From an uncultured Nitrososphaerales archaeon (GTDB lineage Archaea; Thermoproteota; Nitrososphaeria; Nitrososphaerales; Nitrososphaeraceae): a stretch of 64,000 nucleotides of DNA. Made by a program: the position numbers and the translations under genes. Location: the NCBI GenBank assembly GCA_963695855.1, contig CAVOHZ010000010.1, forward strand, positions 96,001-160,000, given 5' to 3'. Positions 34,025 to 44,725 of the stretch are shown here, piece by piece. A model generated the notes under the pieces. That model had not been told where the DNA came from. It saw only the letters and a list, made by a program, of their open reading frames with translations, and searched no databases. Position 1 is the stretch's first letter, and every line of letters begins with the position of its first letter.

Positions 34025-36451
34025 TTAATTCTCGTCGTCTGGAATAAATGATTGTATGGGTGGCAGCAACAAATCTCGTGGAATAAATGATTGTATGGGT
34101 GGCAGCAACAAATCTCGCAAAGATAGTATTTCTGCTTCAGAATTTTCTTGTAGTTTTTCTTCCATTCCTATTCCTTTAGCCGTCTCGTTAGGATGTAACG
34201 GTAATTTGTCTTGAATTTCTTGCGATGGTGGTTCTATAGAAGTTGGTGAAATACCAAATGTATTTTTGTATTTCCAGTCAGATGGAAAAACTCCAAAATT
34301 TCTCAGGTTGTCTATCTCTTCCTTTAACAGAGCCCTACCCCATACTCCAACCTCATCTATTTGACCAACAAAGAAGTCAGATGATGATCTTGAATTTGCT
34401 CCGATTCTGAGTGGCTGGTTTCCCGTATTGTCAGGTGTTGATGTAGATGCCAAACTTGAAACCTGTACACCATCGATGTAGAGTTTTAGAACAGAACCAT
34501 CAAAAGTTACAACTCCATGATGCCACTGGTTATCATTAAATGTAGTTGGAGAGGTAACAAATTTGTTAGACCCACTTGTTGTTTCATATCCCCCAGTTGC
34601 GTTCTCTCTAGAGTTGAACCATAGTCCATAATTCTGGTTCTGGCCCGAACTGTCAGATCCTGAACCGCCTTTATTTACAATAAAGCCATCGTCTCCAAAA
34701 GTACTCGATGTCTTGAACCATGCTGCAACACTAAATTTCGTCAGTTTAAGTGCTGTCGAGCTGGGTTCATCTATGAAGTTTGAACCCGTTGCTGTAAAAA
34801 AGGGTTGGTAATGGTATCCAATTACCTGACAGTTCGGATCTGCTGCATCTTTAAATCCATCACGATCATCATCCAGTCCATTATTGCATATCTCTGGTAC
34901 CGCTGGACAGCTATTCACATCTTCTGCATCTTTAAATCCATCACGATCATCATCCAGTCCATTATTGCATATCTCTGGTACCGCTGGACAGCTATTCACA
35001 TCTTCTGCATCTTTAAATCCATCACGATCATCATCCAGTCCATTATTGCATATCTCTGGTACCGCTGGACAGCTATTCACATCTTCTGCATCTTTAAATC
35101 CATCACGATCATCATCCAGTCCATTATTGCATATCTCTGGTACCGCTGGACAGCTATTCACATCTTCTGCATCTTTAAATCCATCACGATCATCATCCAG
35201 TCCATTATTGCATATCTCTGGTACCGCTGGACAGCTATTCACATCTTCTGCATCTTTAAATCCATCACGATCATCATCCAGTACATTATTGCATATCTCT
35301 GGTACCGCTGGACAGCTATTCACATCTTCTGCATCTTTAAATCCATCACGATCATCATCCAGTCTATTATTGCATATCTCTGGTACCGCTGGACAGCTAT
35401 TCACATCTTCTGCATCTATCTTTCCGTCACCGTCATCATCCACGCCATTGTTACATATCTCTGTGGTGGGTACTGCAGTTTTTGTGATTGTGAATTGATC
35501 CATAACTGAATTATCGTTAGCTATGAATTTTCCAGTAAGGGTTTTGCCATTATTGGTTATCGCTACATTCAGATGCCCGAATTTGTCATCCTGTTGTGAC
35601 TTTATGAAGGATTTTGGTGATGACAGCTCATGAAAATTTATTCCACCAGTCCCTACAATCACATGAATCTCTCCTGGCGGATCGGTATACGTATTAGGAT
35701 TATTGTTGGTTACTATTGGATTAGATTTGCTATTTGGATTAAATTTGATTGGAAATGAACGCTGATAATCATGAACATGGCCTTCAAGAACTAGATCAAC
35801 ACCCTTGTCGTCAAAGAGAGCATGATATGTATCTCTTAAACTACTTAGACCTGAACAACCAGATGAAGAACAACTATTTGATGATGAATACATAGGTTTG
35901 TGGAAAAATACTACTATCCAATCTATGTCAGGATCAGAAGATGCATCAGCGAGGTCATTCGTGACAAATATATGTTGAGCAGAACCTGAGGAATAAGAAA
36001 TTTCTGTGGCCATGACGAGGAAATGAACATTTTGAAATTTGAAAGAATAATATTGATTTGTGAGCCCTCCAAAATGACTAAGATATGTGTTCAAATCTTC
36101 ATCTCCGGAATTTTCATGGTTTCCAATTGCGATGGCCATATTTTCATCGATGGGGTTTACCCTAGATATAAAACAGTTTGCACTGGACTGATATGAATAA
36201 TCCCCGAGTCCCAAGGTAAAATCAGATTCCTGATTTACAATTGAATTTACGGTTGCAACTGTATTTGAGTTACAACCCCAATCTCCAGCAGCAGCGAAGT
36301 TAAAATCTGGAATAGATGGTTGTGCTGCAGCACCGAGTAAGTACATAGAACCGTGAGATGCTCCGCCTAGACCAACAGAAATTGTAGAAGATATCAACAT
36401 GCCGAAAATTATCGAAATTAGATTTATAGAAATCCCATTATTTGTAGTCAT
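34025..36451 (-). CDS. Secreted metallophosphoesterase + EICNNGLDDDRDG repeats + LamG/concanavalin-like domain
   Basis: GDWG, GDYSY, GNHE, GHVHDY motifs; 8 Cys/Asp repeats; WHHGVVTFDG...GQIDEVGVW. Confidence 0.9.
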   Translation of the reverse strand: MTTNNGISINLISIIFGMLISSTISVGLGGASHGSMYLLGAAAQPSIPDFNFAAAGDWGCNSNTVATVNSIVNQESDFTLGLGDYSYQSSANCFISRVNPIDENMAIAIGNHENSGDEDLNTYLSHFGGLTNQYYSFKFQNVHFLVMATEISYSSGSAQHIFVTNDLADASSDPDIDWIVVFFHKPMYSSSNSCSSSGCSGLSSLRDTYHALFDDKGVDLVLEGHVHDYQRSFPIKFNPNSKSNPIVTNNNPNTYTDPPGEIHVIVGTGGINFHELSSPKSFIKSQQDDKFGHLNVAITNNGKTLTGKFIANDNSVMDQFTITKTAVPTTEICNNGVDDDGDGKIDAEDVNSCPAVPEICNNRLDDDRDGFKDAEDVNSCPAVPEICNNVLDDDRDGFKDAEDVNSCPAVPEICNNGLDDDRDGFKDAEDVNSCPAVPEICNNGLDDDRDGFKDAEDVNSCPAVPEICNNGLDDDRDGFKDAEDVNSCPAVPEICNNGLDDDRDGFKDAEDVNSCPAVPEICNNGLDDDRDGFKDAADPNCQVIGYHYQPFFTATGSNFIDEPSSTALKLTKFSVAAWFKTSSTFGDDGFIVNKGGSGSDSSGQNQNYGLWFNSRENATGGYETTSGSNKFVTSPTTFNDNQWHHGVVTFDGSVLKLYIDGVQVSSLASTSTPDNTGNQPLRIGANSRSSSDFFVGQIDEVGVWGRALLKEEIDNLRNFGVFPSDWKYKNTFGISPTSIEPPSQEIQDKLPLHPNETAKGIGMEEKLQENSEAEILSLRDLLLPPIQSFIPRDLLLPPIQSFIPDDEN
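34844..35460. repeat. 81-bp coding tandem repeat (7 near-perfect copies plus 1 degenerate)
   Basis: Unit encodes PAVPEICNNGLDDDRDGFKDAEDVNSC. Confidence 0.95.
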
Positions 36452-36699
36452 GAAGATAAAAATGATATATTCCTTATATCAGAATGCAAGGATTTCTAGC
36501 TAAGAATTAATTATGTTCAAGCTAATGAAAGATATACTACAATAGAATTAGATAACTAAATGAGTATTAAATATGTTATTTAAATTATATGCGATTTAAA
36601 AAAATAAATCGTTCTATTATAGTAAACCAGTTTTTATAGCCTTCATACCAATTTGATACGACCTTAAAAAAATATATTAGCCGTTATTATGTTCCAAGA

Positions 36700-37095
36700 T
36701 TAATATCTACATGGAAGGCTAATACTAGTTTGGAAGCTCTGTCCATTTCTATCCAATTTGCTATCATTATTACTATCATCAAAAAAATTCAAGTTATATC
36801 TTCCCGGAAGTAAATCATCAGCATAAGTTACCTCGTTAAATCCTCCTGTACTATTTGTCATGAAATAGCCGGTCAATACAGGTTTTAGATCTGCATTTAC
36901 GAATTCCCAAGATACGTTAACACCAGGAGAAAAACCATTAGCATTAAATACGACATTAAATCCCTCAGTAGGTCCACATGGCGGAGAAACTAGGACATAA
37001 GGTGTAGCAAACACACTACTAAGAAAACCTGAATTCATTGCTATGACCAATGTTGAAAATATTATGGTATTTTTCATTATATTCTGGTAATTCAC
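36700..37095 (-). CDS. Secreted hypothetical protein (possibly Ig-like)
   Basis: Signal peptide, PxCGP...GF.P motif, terminal Cys. Confidence 0.65.
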   Translation of the reverse strand: MNYQNIMKNTIIFSTLVIAMNSGFLSSVFATPYVLVSPPCGPTEGFNVVFNANGFSPGVNVSWEFVNADLKPVLTGYFMTNSTGGFNEVTYADDLLPGRYNLNFFDDSNNDSKLDRNGQSFQTSISLPCRY

Positions 37096-37345
37096 ATCAA
37101 AAATACTGCATGCTATTTTATATAGTTATTTGAAATTTCTACTATGACATCTTTTTTAAAATTTTATAGTTGTGATTCCATGAAATGATATGATCAAAGA
37201 TGAAAAATGAAATGGTTCTAAGGATATTCTTTAATTAGGAAGGAAGCGAAAACCAGTATAAAATTTTTACTATATGATAGAACTACCATTGATGGTTTGA
37301 CCAGACCAGAATTATTAGTTTAAAATAATAGTATATTATTTTCTA

Positions 37346-37552
37346 ATATTTAGTAATATAATTTATTTATATTTAGTAATATAATTTATTTATATTTAGT
37401 AATATAATTTATTTATATTTAGTAATATAATTTATTTATATTTAGTAATATAATTTATTTATATTTAGTAATATAATTTATTTATATTTAGTAATATAAT
37501 TTATTTATATTTAGTAATATAATTTATTTATATTTAGTAATATAATTTATTT
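37346..37552. repeat. Non-coding 23-bp tandem repeat x9 (ATATTTAGTAATATAATTTATTT)
   Basis: TAG recurs at 37351, 37374, ... 37535 with an exact 23-bp period and no spacers. Confidence 0.95.
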
Positions 37553-37838
37553 CAGTCTAACAATAATTAAAAATCCTCTATACGAAAAGACCTTCAACTA
37601 TATAAAATATATTGATGAATATAAGTCTAATTTCGTGAGATCATACAAATATGATCTATTGTTTTTTTCACCAGAAATAATAGCCATAAAAATACTTATT
37701 ATTTTTTATAATGAAAATATACACTTGAAAGCTCGTTATTTTCGTTCACTTATATTTTAGTATACATAATAGTACTAGAACGACATTTTCCAAAATGTCT
37801 GCAGATTCAGAACAATAGAAGCGTATGGTTCTATACAC

Positions 37839-38457
37839 ATGACGTGCAAATATCTTGCCAATAGAAAAATTAACCAGAAGGCTTCTGTTTATTTAATCTT
37901 AAGTTTAATTGTTGTATTAACTTTTGCCTTTGACAATGATGCTTTTGCTGTTGTTTATCACTACTCACCATCCTTTATCGCAGATGGTAAAACTGTATTA
38001 GATGTTACAAATACTCAAGATCTCCGACTAACATCTTTTACTGTTTCTACTTGGTTCAAGACAACAGCCAATTTTCCTAGTGAGGGAGTTATGGTAAACA
38101 AGGGCGGTCTTGGGTCTGAAAGTGCAGGTGGAAATCAGAACTATGGAATATGGTTCACCTCTTCTGAAAGATTGCAGGGAGGCTTTGAGACTACTGGTGA
38201 TTCAAACAAGTACATCTCGTCCCCGAACACCTACAATGATGGTCAATGGCACCACGGTGTAGTAACATTTGATGATGCAGGTAATATTGTTAGACTATTT
38301 GTTTGATGATGGTGTACAGATAGGAACACTATCTACCAGTTCCACTCCAGATAACACTGCAAGCCAGCTTCTGAGGATAGCAGGTAATGCCCAGTATCTG
38401 TTAGAAGACTTTTTTGTAGGTGAGCTAGATGAGATTGGTGTCTGGAACACGTGGTAA
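37839..38457 (+). pseudogene. Secreted LamG-domain protein, frameshifted and truncated
   Basis: Close paralog of the LamG domains at 34.3-34.8 kb and 42.4-42.9 kb; a 4-bp TGAT duplication near 38303 breaks VRLFVDG. Confidence 0.8.
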
Positions 38458-38559
38458 TTGAATCGATTTAATGTGAGAAAATAAATAACTTTTTTGCCCT
38501 CTGATAACACTTAAATAATAAAAAGAAAAGAATGGAAAGAAAGGAGATTTGATATTGGT

Positions 38560-40155
38560 GTGGATTATGGTTCATCTTCATCGTACTTATCGTTATCAGA
38601 CTTTTCCATCAAAAATCTTAAAGACATGAGAGAATTTAATTTACAAGTTATTGATTCTTCTAAAAATCAATTTGATATTTTTTCTAAAATTTATAATATT
38701 TACGACTCTTTATTTATTTTTGAATCTCTCACTGGACCAAGGGAACTGGCAGAAACATCCATTATTGGTTTCGACCCCTCATTCCTAATACAATGCAATA
38801 CACAGAATTTTATGATTGTAGACAACAGGAAACGGAAAATCATTAAAAAAATAAAGGTGACTGAACCACTAGAACAATTACGATCAATAATTCCAAAAAT
38901 TACAAGATCGCAAAAAAGTGAAAAAATAAAGAACTACAGGTATATGGGTGGAGCAGTGGGTTACGTCAGCTACGATGCTATTAGATTTTGGGAAAAATTG
39001 CCCAAACCCAAGAAAAAGATCTTGAATTTTCCTCTACTTGAATTTGGAATTTTTCCAGATGGAATATTATATGATCATTTAGAAAAACAGGCATATTACT
39101 TTTCCGCAGGAGATCAAAGACAATCAAGAATAGATGAGATTAATAAAATTATCAGTGATAAAAATATTGATAAATATAAAGAAGACAAGGATATCGAAGA
39201 TTCTGAACAATTTGTAAAATGCTCGATCCCAAAAAGAAATATTTCAAAAAGAGAATTCGTCAGAATGGTCAAAAAGGCCCAACGATATATCTATGATGGA
39301 GATATTTTTCAGGTCGTTTTATCAAAGAATTTTAAATTTGAGATAGAAGGAAATCTATTGAACGTATATTCAAGGTTAAGGGATCTAAATCCTTCTCCTT
39401 ATATGTATCTATTTAAGATTGACAAAAGATGTATAATAGGCTCCAGTCCGGAAATGCTTTTAAGAGTTACCGGTGATATCATAGAGACTTTTCCGATAGC
39501 AGGTACTAGACCAGTGATAAAAGATGACGAAGTTGCCAACAAGAAAATGGCTGAAGATCTTTTGAAGGATGAGAAAGAGCTAGCGGAACACACGATGCTG
39601 GTAGATCTTGCGAGAAATGATGTTGGAAGGGTTTCGACTTTTGGTACTGTAAAGGTAAAATCATTAATGCATATAAAAAAATTCAGCCACGTACAACATA
39701 TTGTATCACATGTAACGGGGAAATTAGACAAAAAATATGATGTCTTTGATGCATTAAAAGCAGTTTTTCCAGCGGGAACGGTTTCAGGAGCCCCCAAAAT
39801 TCGTGCAATGGAGATCATCAATGAATTAGAGCCAGAAAGAAGAGAACCTTATGCAGGTGCACTAGGATATTTCTCATTCAATGGTTCATGTGATTTTGCA
39901 ATTACGATAAGGAGCATATTTGTAAATAGGAACAAGGGCTACGTTCAGTCCGGCGCAGGAATCGTCATGGATTCTATACCAGAAAATGAATGGGATGAAA
40001 CAGAGAGAAAAGCAGATGCAATGATCTCTGTTTTGAGGAGTATAAATTATCAAAAGAAATACATACCACACAAAACACACAGAAGAGACGAAATTCAACA
40101 AGAAGGATCAGGCAGCAAAAAGATTGGTTATGGCGAGAATCAATTTGCGGCATAA
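38560..40155 (+). CDS. trpE: Anthranilate synthase component I (chorismate-binding enzyme)
   Basis: GDIFQVVLS, NPSPYM, SSPE, PIAGT, EHTMLVDLARND, GTVSGAPK. Confidence 0.85.
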   Translation: MDYGSSSSYLSLSDFSIKNLKDMREFNLQVIDSSKNQFDIFSKIYNIYDSLFIFESLTGPRELAETSIIGFDPSFLIQCNTQNFMIVDNRKRKIIKKIKVTEPLEQLRSIIPKITRSQKSEKIKNYRYMGGAVGYVSYDAIRFWEKLPKPKKKILNFPLLEFGIFPDGILYDHLEKQAYYFSAGDQRQSRIDEINKIISDKNIDKYKEDKDIEDSEQFVKCSIPKRNISKREFVRMVKKAQRYIYDGDIFQVVLSKNFKFEIEGNLLNVYSRLRDLNPSPYMYLFKIDKRCIIGSSPEMLLRVTGDIIETFPIAGTRPVIKDDEVANKKMAEDLLKDEKELAEHTMLVDLARNDVGRVSTFGTVKVKSLMHIKKFSHVQHIVSHVTGKLDKKYDVFDALKAVFPAGTVSGAPKIRAMEIINELEPERREPYAGALGYFSFNGSCDFAITIRSIFVNRNKGYVQSGAGIVMDSIPENEWDETERKADAMISVLRSINYQKKYIPHKTHRRDEIQQEGSGSKKIGYGENQFAA

Positions 40156-40183
40156 CATATTCGTGAAGTTATTTGAAGTCTCA

Positions 40184-40300
40184 AAATTATTTACAGGATA
40201 TGAAAAGAAGGATTAGAACTATCTTGGTCTTGTACTGTTAGTAAACAGTATAAAGTAAACAGTATAATTGTTTACATGAAGTTAATTTTGGGATAAGCTC
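40184..40300 (+). mobile_element. Right-end remnant of the same IS5 type as 4007-4912
   Basis: AAATTATTTACAGGATATGAAAAGAAGG...CTATCTTGGTCTTGTAC...TTTTGGGATAAGCTC aligns with 4803-4912. Confidence 0.75.
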
Positions 40301-40527
40301 GAATTATTTTGTGTATTATTTAGTTTATGTTGTAATTGAGTCACATCACTTCACCTGTTTACACCCAAGCTACAAATGCTAGATAATTTCATTCCATTAG
40401 TATAATTTGTTTGAATATCCTTGGCTGGTTTGACATTTGACTTGTGGACTTGTAACATAAATATTATTTCATCTTTCATCTAAAAGATATTGTAAGACAA
40501 TGACTGGGTTATAGTATTGAAAAAATA

Positions 40528-40633
40528 TTTCAATTAGTTTTCATATCCATTTCAAATGTATTTCAAAACGCTTTCAAATGATTATTTTTTAGCTTTCATA
40601 TAATTTTCAAATTTCTTTCAAATGCTTTTCAAA
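40528..40633. repeat. 11-bp-phased TTTCA(AA) array, iteron-like
   Basis: TTTCA starts at 40528, 40539, 40550, 40561, 40572, 40594, 40605, 40616 and 40627 (9 of 10 slots). Confidence 0.85.
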
Positions 40634-40961
40634 CACCCTATTTTGTGCTCATATAGGTGTATCACTATGCCAGTATCAGAACAAATTGATTTAAGCTAAC
40701 TATAATTTTTTTAAATTACTAGATTAAATTGACTAATATGAACAAAATTAATACCCCCTTTCCCATTAGAAATTTGTATGGATATATAATAATTTTTATG
40801 TTACATTCTGAAAAAAGTCATTGATATGTTTATTGGAATAATTTATCTAAAAAATATTAAAATTTAATGCAAATCATTTTGAATATCAGAATAAAACAGC
40901 TTCTAAAATTAAATTTATTTGGATAGTAAATGTTTTAAATAAATTCTTCTTCTTTTTTCAA

Positions 40962-41701
40962 GTGAGACGTGTTCCGGATTCAATAATATCAGACATTATT
41001 ACAAAATATTTAGAAGGACCTTCGACTGCTGAAATCAGCAAATTGTTGGGTGTGAGTGTCGGAACTGTATCTGCAGTTACAACTGAGGCAGCGAAACAAG
41101 ACGAATATTTTAAATATAGCTAGAGATAGCAAAAAAGTTTTATACCAAGAAATTAATATTTTCTGATGTAATTTCGGGAATACGACTTTACCACAAGATA
41201 AAAGACGTTGATTTAAGTTGCTCATTCTTTGAGGATTTTTTAGAATCTACAAACTTAGAAAGTTATAGATTAGAAATTGAACAAGATAAATTTCTAACCA
41301 AAATAACTAAAATCTTACAATTTGAAAAACAATACAAGATAAATCTGGTAGATATTCCAGATCATATTAGAAATAGAAAGGAAGAGATTTATAGGATCAA
41401 TGCTGAAATTTCTCGCATTGATCAATCCCTTCATTCCAGATATTCTGTCAAGGAAGCAGAAATGCAAGAGTATAAAAGAGAAAAACCAGGTTTATCAAGA
41501 GCACGATATTTTCCTAGTATAGCTCTTCCAACCCATATGGATTGGTTGATTATTACTGATTATTTATTTAAGAAAGCCAGTAGAAAGAGCAAAATCAAAA
41601 TTGAACCAAATATTTTGTATAAAAAACTGAACCATATCTATAAAAATCCTGATAAACATATAGATATTATTAAACAAATTTTGGAGGTTCCAACTGATTA
41701 G
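40962..41701 (+). pseudogene. N-terminal HTH + helical/coiled-coil protein, frameshifted near 41120
   Basis: STAEISKLLGVSVGTVSAV HTH, then TAG at 41121; the shifted frame is open from 41120 to 41701. Confidence 0.65.
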
Positions 41702-42355
41702 CAAAGAATATCATTATGTGGTTTTTCTGATGTTGTTAGGTTAAAAGACATGCAAACAAAAACATAATTTCATTAAGCTATTTCTAGTTATAATTCTGTG
41801 AGATTTGTTGTACTTCAAATAATCACACTGTATTTCCAATATCAGATTGATTTCTGAATGTGGAGTTGTTGATCGCTTTTCTCTGTAGCCAGATCCACGT
41901 TACATCTATTATACCAAAAAAGATAAGATTAGATCACTTGCGCAATTGCACCGAGTCTATATCTCATTCTTCAAATCCATAATCCAGTCACTTTAGGCTA
42001 GACATTATTCACTATCCTGTAGTTCACAAGACAGGATAGAATGTCTAAAATATAGACATGTGCTTTCTGTCTGTATGTTGTTGTATTTTGATTTTGTGGC
42101 CATAATACCGATCTTGATTATATACATGGTATGCTCAAGTATCACTAGCTGACAGAACGATTATTTTTGTTATACTCTTTTTCTATTAGATTCCACGAAA
42201 ATCATTGATATGTTTATAATAAAAATTGAATGGGTTGTGAATACAAATTCTGTAAAGATAAACACAGATGTTGTTACTATCCGTTATTTTATTTCTATTT
42301 TTTTTCCTTGTCCTTTGAACTGACAAGATTATTTCGCTTCGACATACAATTCAAT

Positions 42356-44449
42356 TTAAGGACCAAAGGAGTTGTTGTATACAATTCCAATTGATGGAAA
42401 TAAGCCGTTATTCATCAAACTGGTAATTTCTGCATTGGTGAGAGCCCTGTTCCAGACACCAACCTGATCCAGTTGACCTACAAAAGCGTCTTGTCCGAGA
42501 GACTGGGCATTTTCTGCTATCCTCAATGGCTGCGTTCCCATGTTGTCTGGATTGGTTGAAGTAGATAGTGTTCCTATCTGTGCACCATCAACAAATAGCC
42601 TAACAATATTATTTGCATTATCAAATGTTACCACTGCATGATGCCATTTGCCATCATTGTAAGTACTCGTGGATGTTATCCATTTGTTTGAACCGCCTGT
42701 AGTCTCAAAGCCTCCGACCAATCTCTCAGATGAGTCTAACCATATTCCATAGTTAAGGTTATTACCTGCACTTTCCGGTCCAAGACCTCCCTTGTTCACC
42801 TCCATCCCTTTTCCAACGAAGTTGGCTGTTGTTTTGAACCAAGTTGCAACAGTAAACGATGATAAATGAAGTTTCTGAGTATCAGGAACATCTATTCTAT
42901 CTGACCCTGTTGTGGTAAAGAATGGTTCGTAGTGATATCCAATAGCCTGCTGACAATCTGAATCTGCTGCATCTTTAGACCCATCACGGTCGTCATCCAG
43001 TCCATTATTGCATATCTCCTGTACTGCGGGACAATCCGTATCTTCTGCATCTATCTTTCCATCACCATCGTTATCTTTTGCGTCGTTACATACTTCTGGA
43101 TTAGAGGTAACAGAAGAATCAATATTTCTCACATATAGCAATCCTTCTGCAGAAGTGTCTTTATCACCAGTAAAGTATCCTCTACCTTGTCCATCACATA
43201 AGGTAGCTGGATTTGTTCCCAAATTCTTAATTGTATTTAATACAACGGAAGGAGACGTGCCTGGATGTGATGAAAGGTAAAGTGCAACAGATCCAGTTAC
43301 ATGTGGTGTAGCCATACTTGTTCCACTGAGAGTTGCATAGCTGGATTTATAGGTAGAATAGATATTTACACCTGGAGCTGCCATATCTACTACATTTCCA
43401 TAGTTACTAAATGATGCGAACGAATCATCTTTACCATAGTTTGAAGAACCTCCCAATCCACCGCATTTGCCATCTGTATCTACAATTGCTGAAACTGCAA
43501 TAACATTGGGATGATTTGCAGGTGAAAATGAAGAAGCATTTTTGCCGTCATTTCCTGCCGCAACCACAAATGTAACACCAGCGTTGACTGCTGCATTAAT
43601 AGCCGTATTCAATGCAGATGATGTACATTGACAACCCAGGCTCAGATTAACGACTTCGATTTGATCCGCGTTTGCAGTAACATAATCTATTGCTGAAATA
43701 AGAGATGATATTGAACCGGATCCGCTGTCATCTAGAACCTTCAAATTCCATAATCGTGCTCCAGGTGCTACCCCTACAACTCCAACAGTGTTATCCTTTG
43801 CAGCTGCAGTTCCAGCTACATGAGTTCCATGACCATTTCCATCGGTGGCAAGATATGAGGTTCCGCTGAAGTCCTTATTTATAAAAATATTCAAATCCTG
43901 GTGATTGTATATTCCAGTATCAAGTATTGCTATATCTACATTGACACTTCCAGACCCATCCCCAGATCTGGTGAAACTTTGATCTGCATCAATTCTGTTT
44001 ATACCCGTTGGTAATGTTTGAGCAAATGATTGAATCTTTTGATCCTGCTCTACGTACTTTACATTCGGATCTGCTCTTATTTTATCAAGCTCTGATTGGG
44101 TATTAATTTTAACGACTGATGCTTTAATGGAATTTTGAAAAATATTTAAAATATCAAGATCTTTAAAAGTGCTTTTTTCTATTTTTTTTACTAGCTGATT
44201 TATTAGGTAATTGGGGTTCTTGACATCGTCCTTGAAAACTACAATGTACTGGTTTGGAATTTTGGGGTCGCTAAACGTGTCTACTTGTTGTTTTACTATG
44301 TTGTCATCGTTTACAGCAGAAGGTAATGATAATAATGATGATGACGTTTGTCCATAGATTTCGTTCGAAATGGACGGAAGTGAAAAACAAGATGCAAAAT
44401 AAATCACCGATATCATAGAATATACTGCAAGAGTATTTACTTTTTTCAA
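42356..44449 (-). CDS. Secreted subtilisin-like S8 protease with I9 propeptide, two EVC/EIC-Asp repeats and a LamG domain
   Basis: ILDTG, GHGTHVAG, GTSMATPHV catalytic triad motifs. Confidence 0.92.
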   Translation of the reverse strand: MKKVNTLAVYSMISVIYFASCFSLPSISNEIYGQTSSSLLSLPSAVNDDNIVKQQVDTFSDPKIPNQYIVVFKDDVKNPNYLINQLVKKIEKSTFKDLDILNIFQNSIKASVVKINTQSELDKIRADPNVKYVEQDQKIQSFAQTLPTGINRIDADQSFTRSGDGSGSVNVDIAILDTGIYNHQDLNIFINKDFSGTSYLATDGNGHGTHVAGTAAAKDNTVGVVGVAPGARLWNLKVLDDSGSGSISSLISAIDYVTANADQIEVVNLSLGCQCTSSALNTAINAAVNAGVTFVVAAGNDGKNASSFSPANHPNVIAVSAIVDTDGKCGGLGGSSNYGKDDSFASFSNYGNVVDMAAPGVNIYSTYKSSYATLSGTSMATPHVTGSVALYLSSHPGTSPSVVLNTIKNLGTNPATLCDGQGRGYFTGDKDTSAEGLLYVRNIDSSVTSNPEVCNDAKDNDGDGKIDAEDTDCPAVQEICNNGLDDDRDGSKDAADSDCQQAIGYHYEPFFTTTGSDRIDVPDTQKLHLSSFTVATWFKTTANFVGKGMEVNKGGLGPESAGNNLNYGIWLDSSERLVGGFETTGGSNKWITSTSTYNDGKWHHAVVTFDNANNIVRLFVDGAQIGTLSTSTNPDNMGTQPLRIAENAQSLGQDAFVGQLDQVGVWNRALTNAEITSLMNNGLFPSIGIVYNNSFGP

Positions 44450-44725
44450 TATTTATTTGACTAAACTATAAATATATTAGCAATTCTCATATTTATTAGA
44501 AAAAATTTGTTATATTCTTTTTTTTATATAATATTATATAATTTAGTATTTTTTACTTTTAATATAACGTATATAGATGACTAGAACTCTTGAATGGTAT
44601 GTACGCTAGATTCATCATCACTAGAAAATATTATATTTAATATGTTTATTCTTCTGGCTCTGTAGGTGAAATGTTCGACAGAGCTAACATTCAAGAAGAA
44701 AGCCACTACCAATACTCTTGCAAAT

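Noticed and set aside
37346-37552. CRISPR array
   Set aside because: Units are contiguous with no unique spacers, and there are no cas genes in the window
44666-44725. GTG 44666 as the IS110 start codon
   Set aside because: It is the first base of the element; ATG 44726 places the first catalytic Asp at the usual N-terminal position
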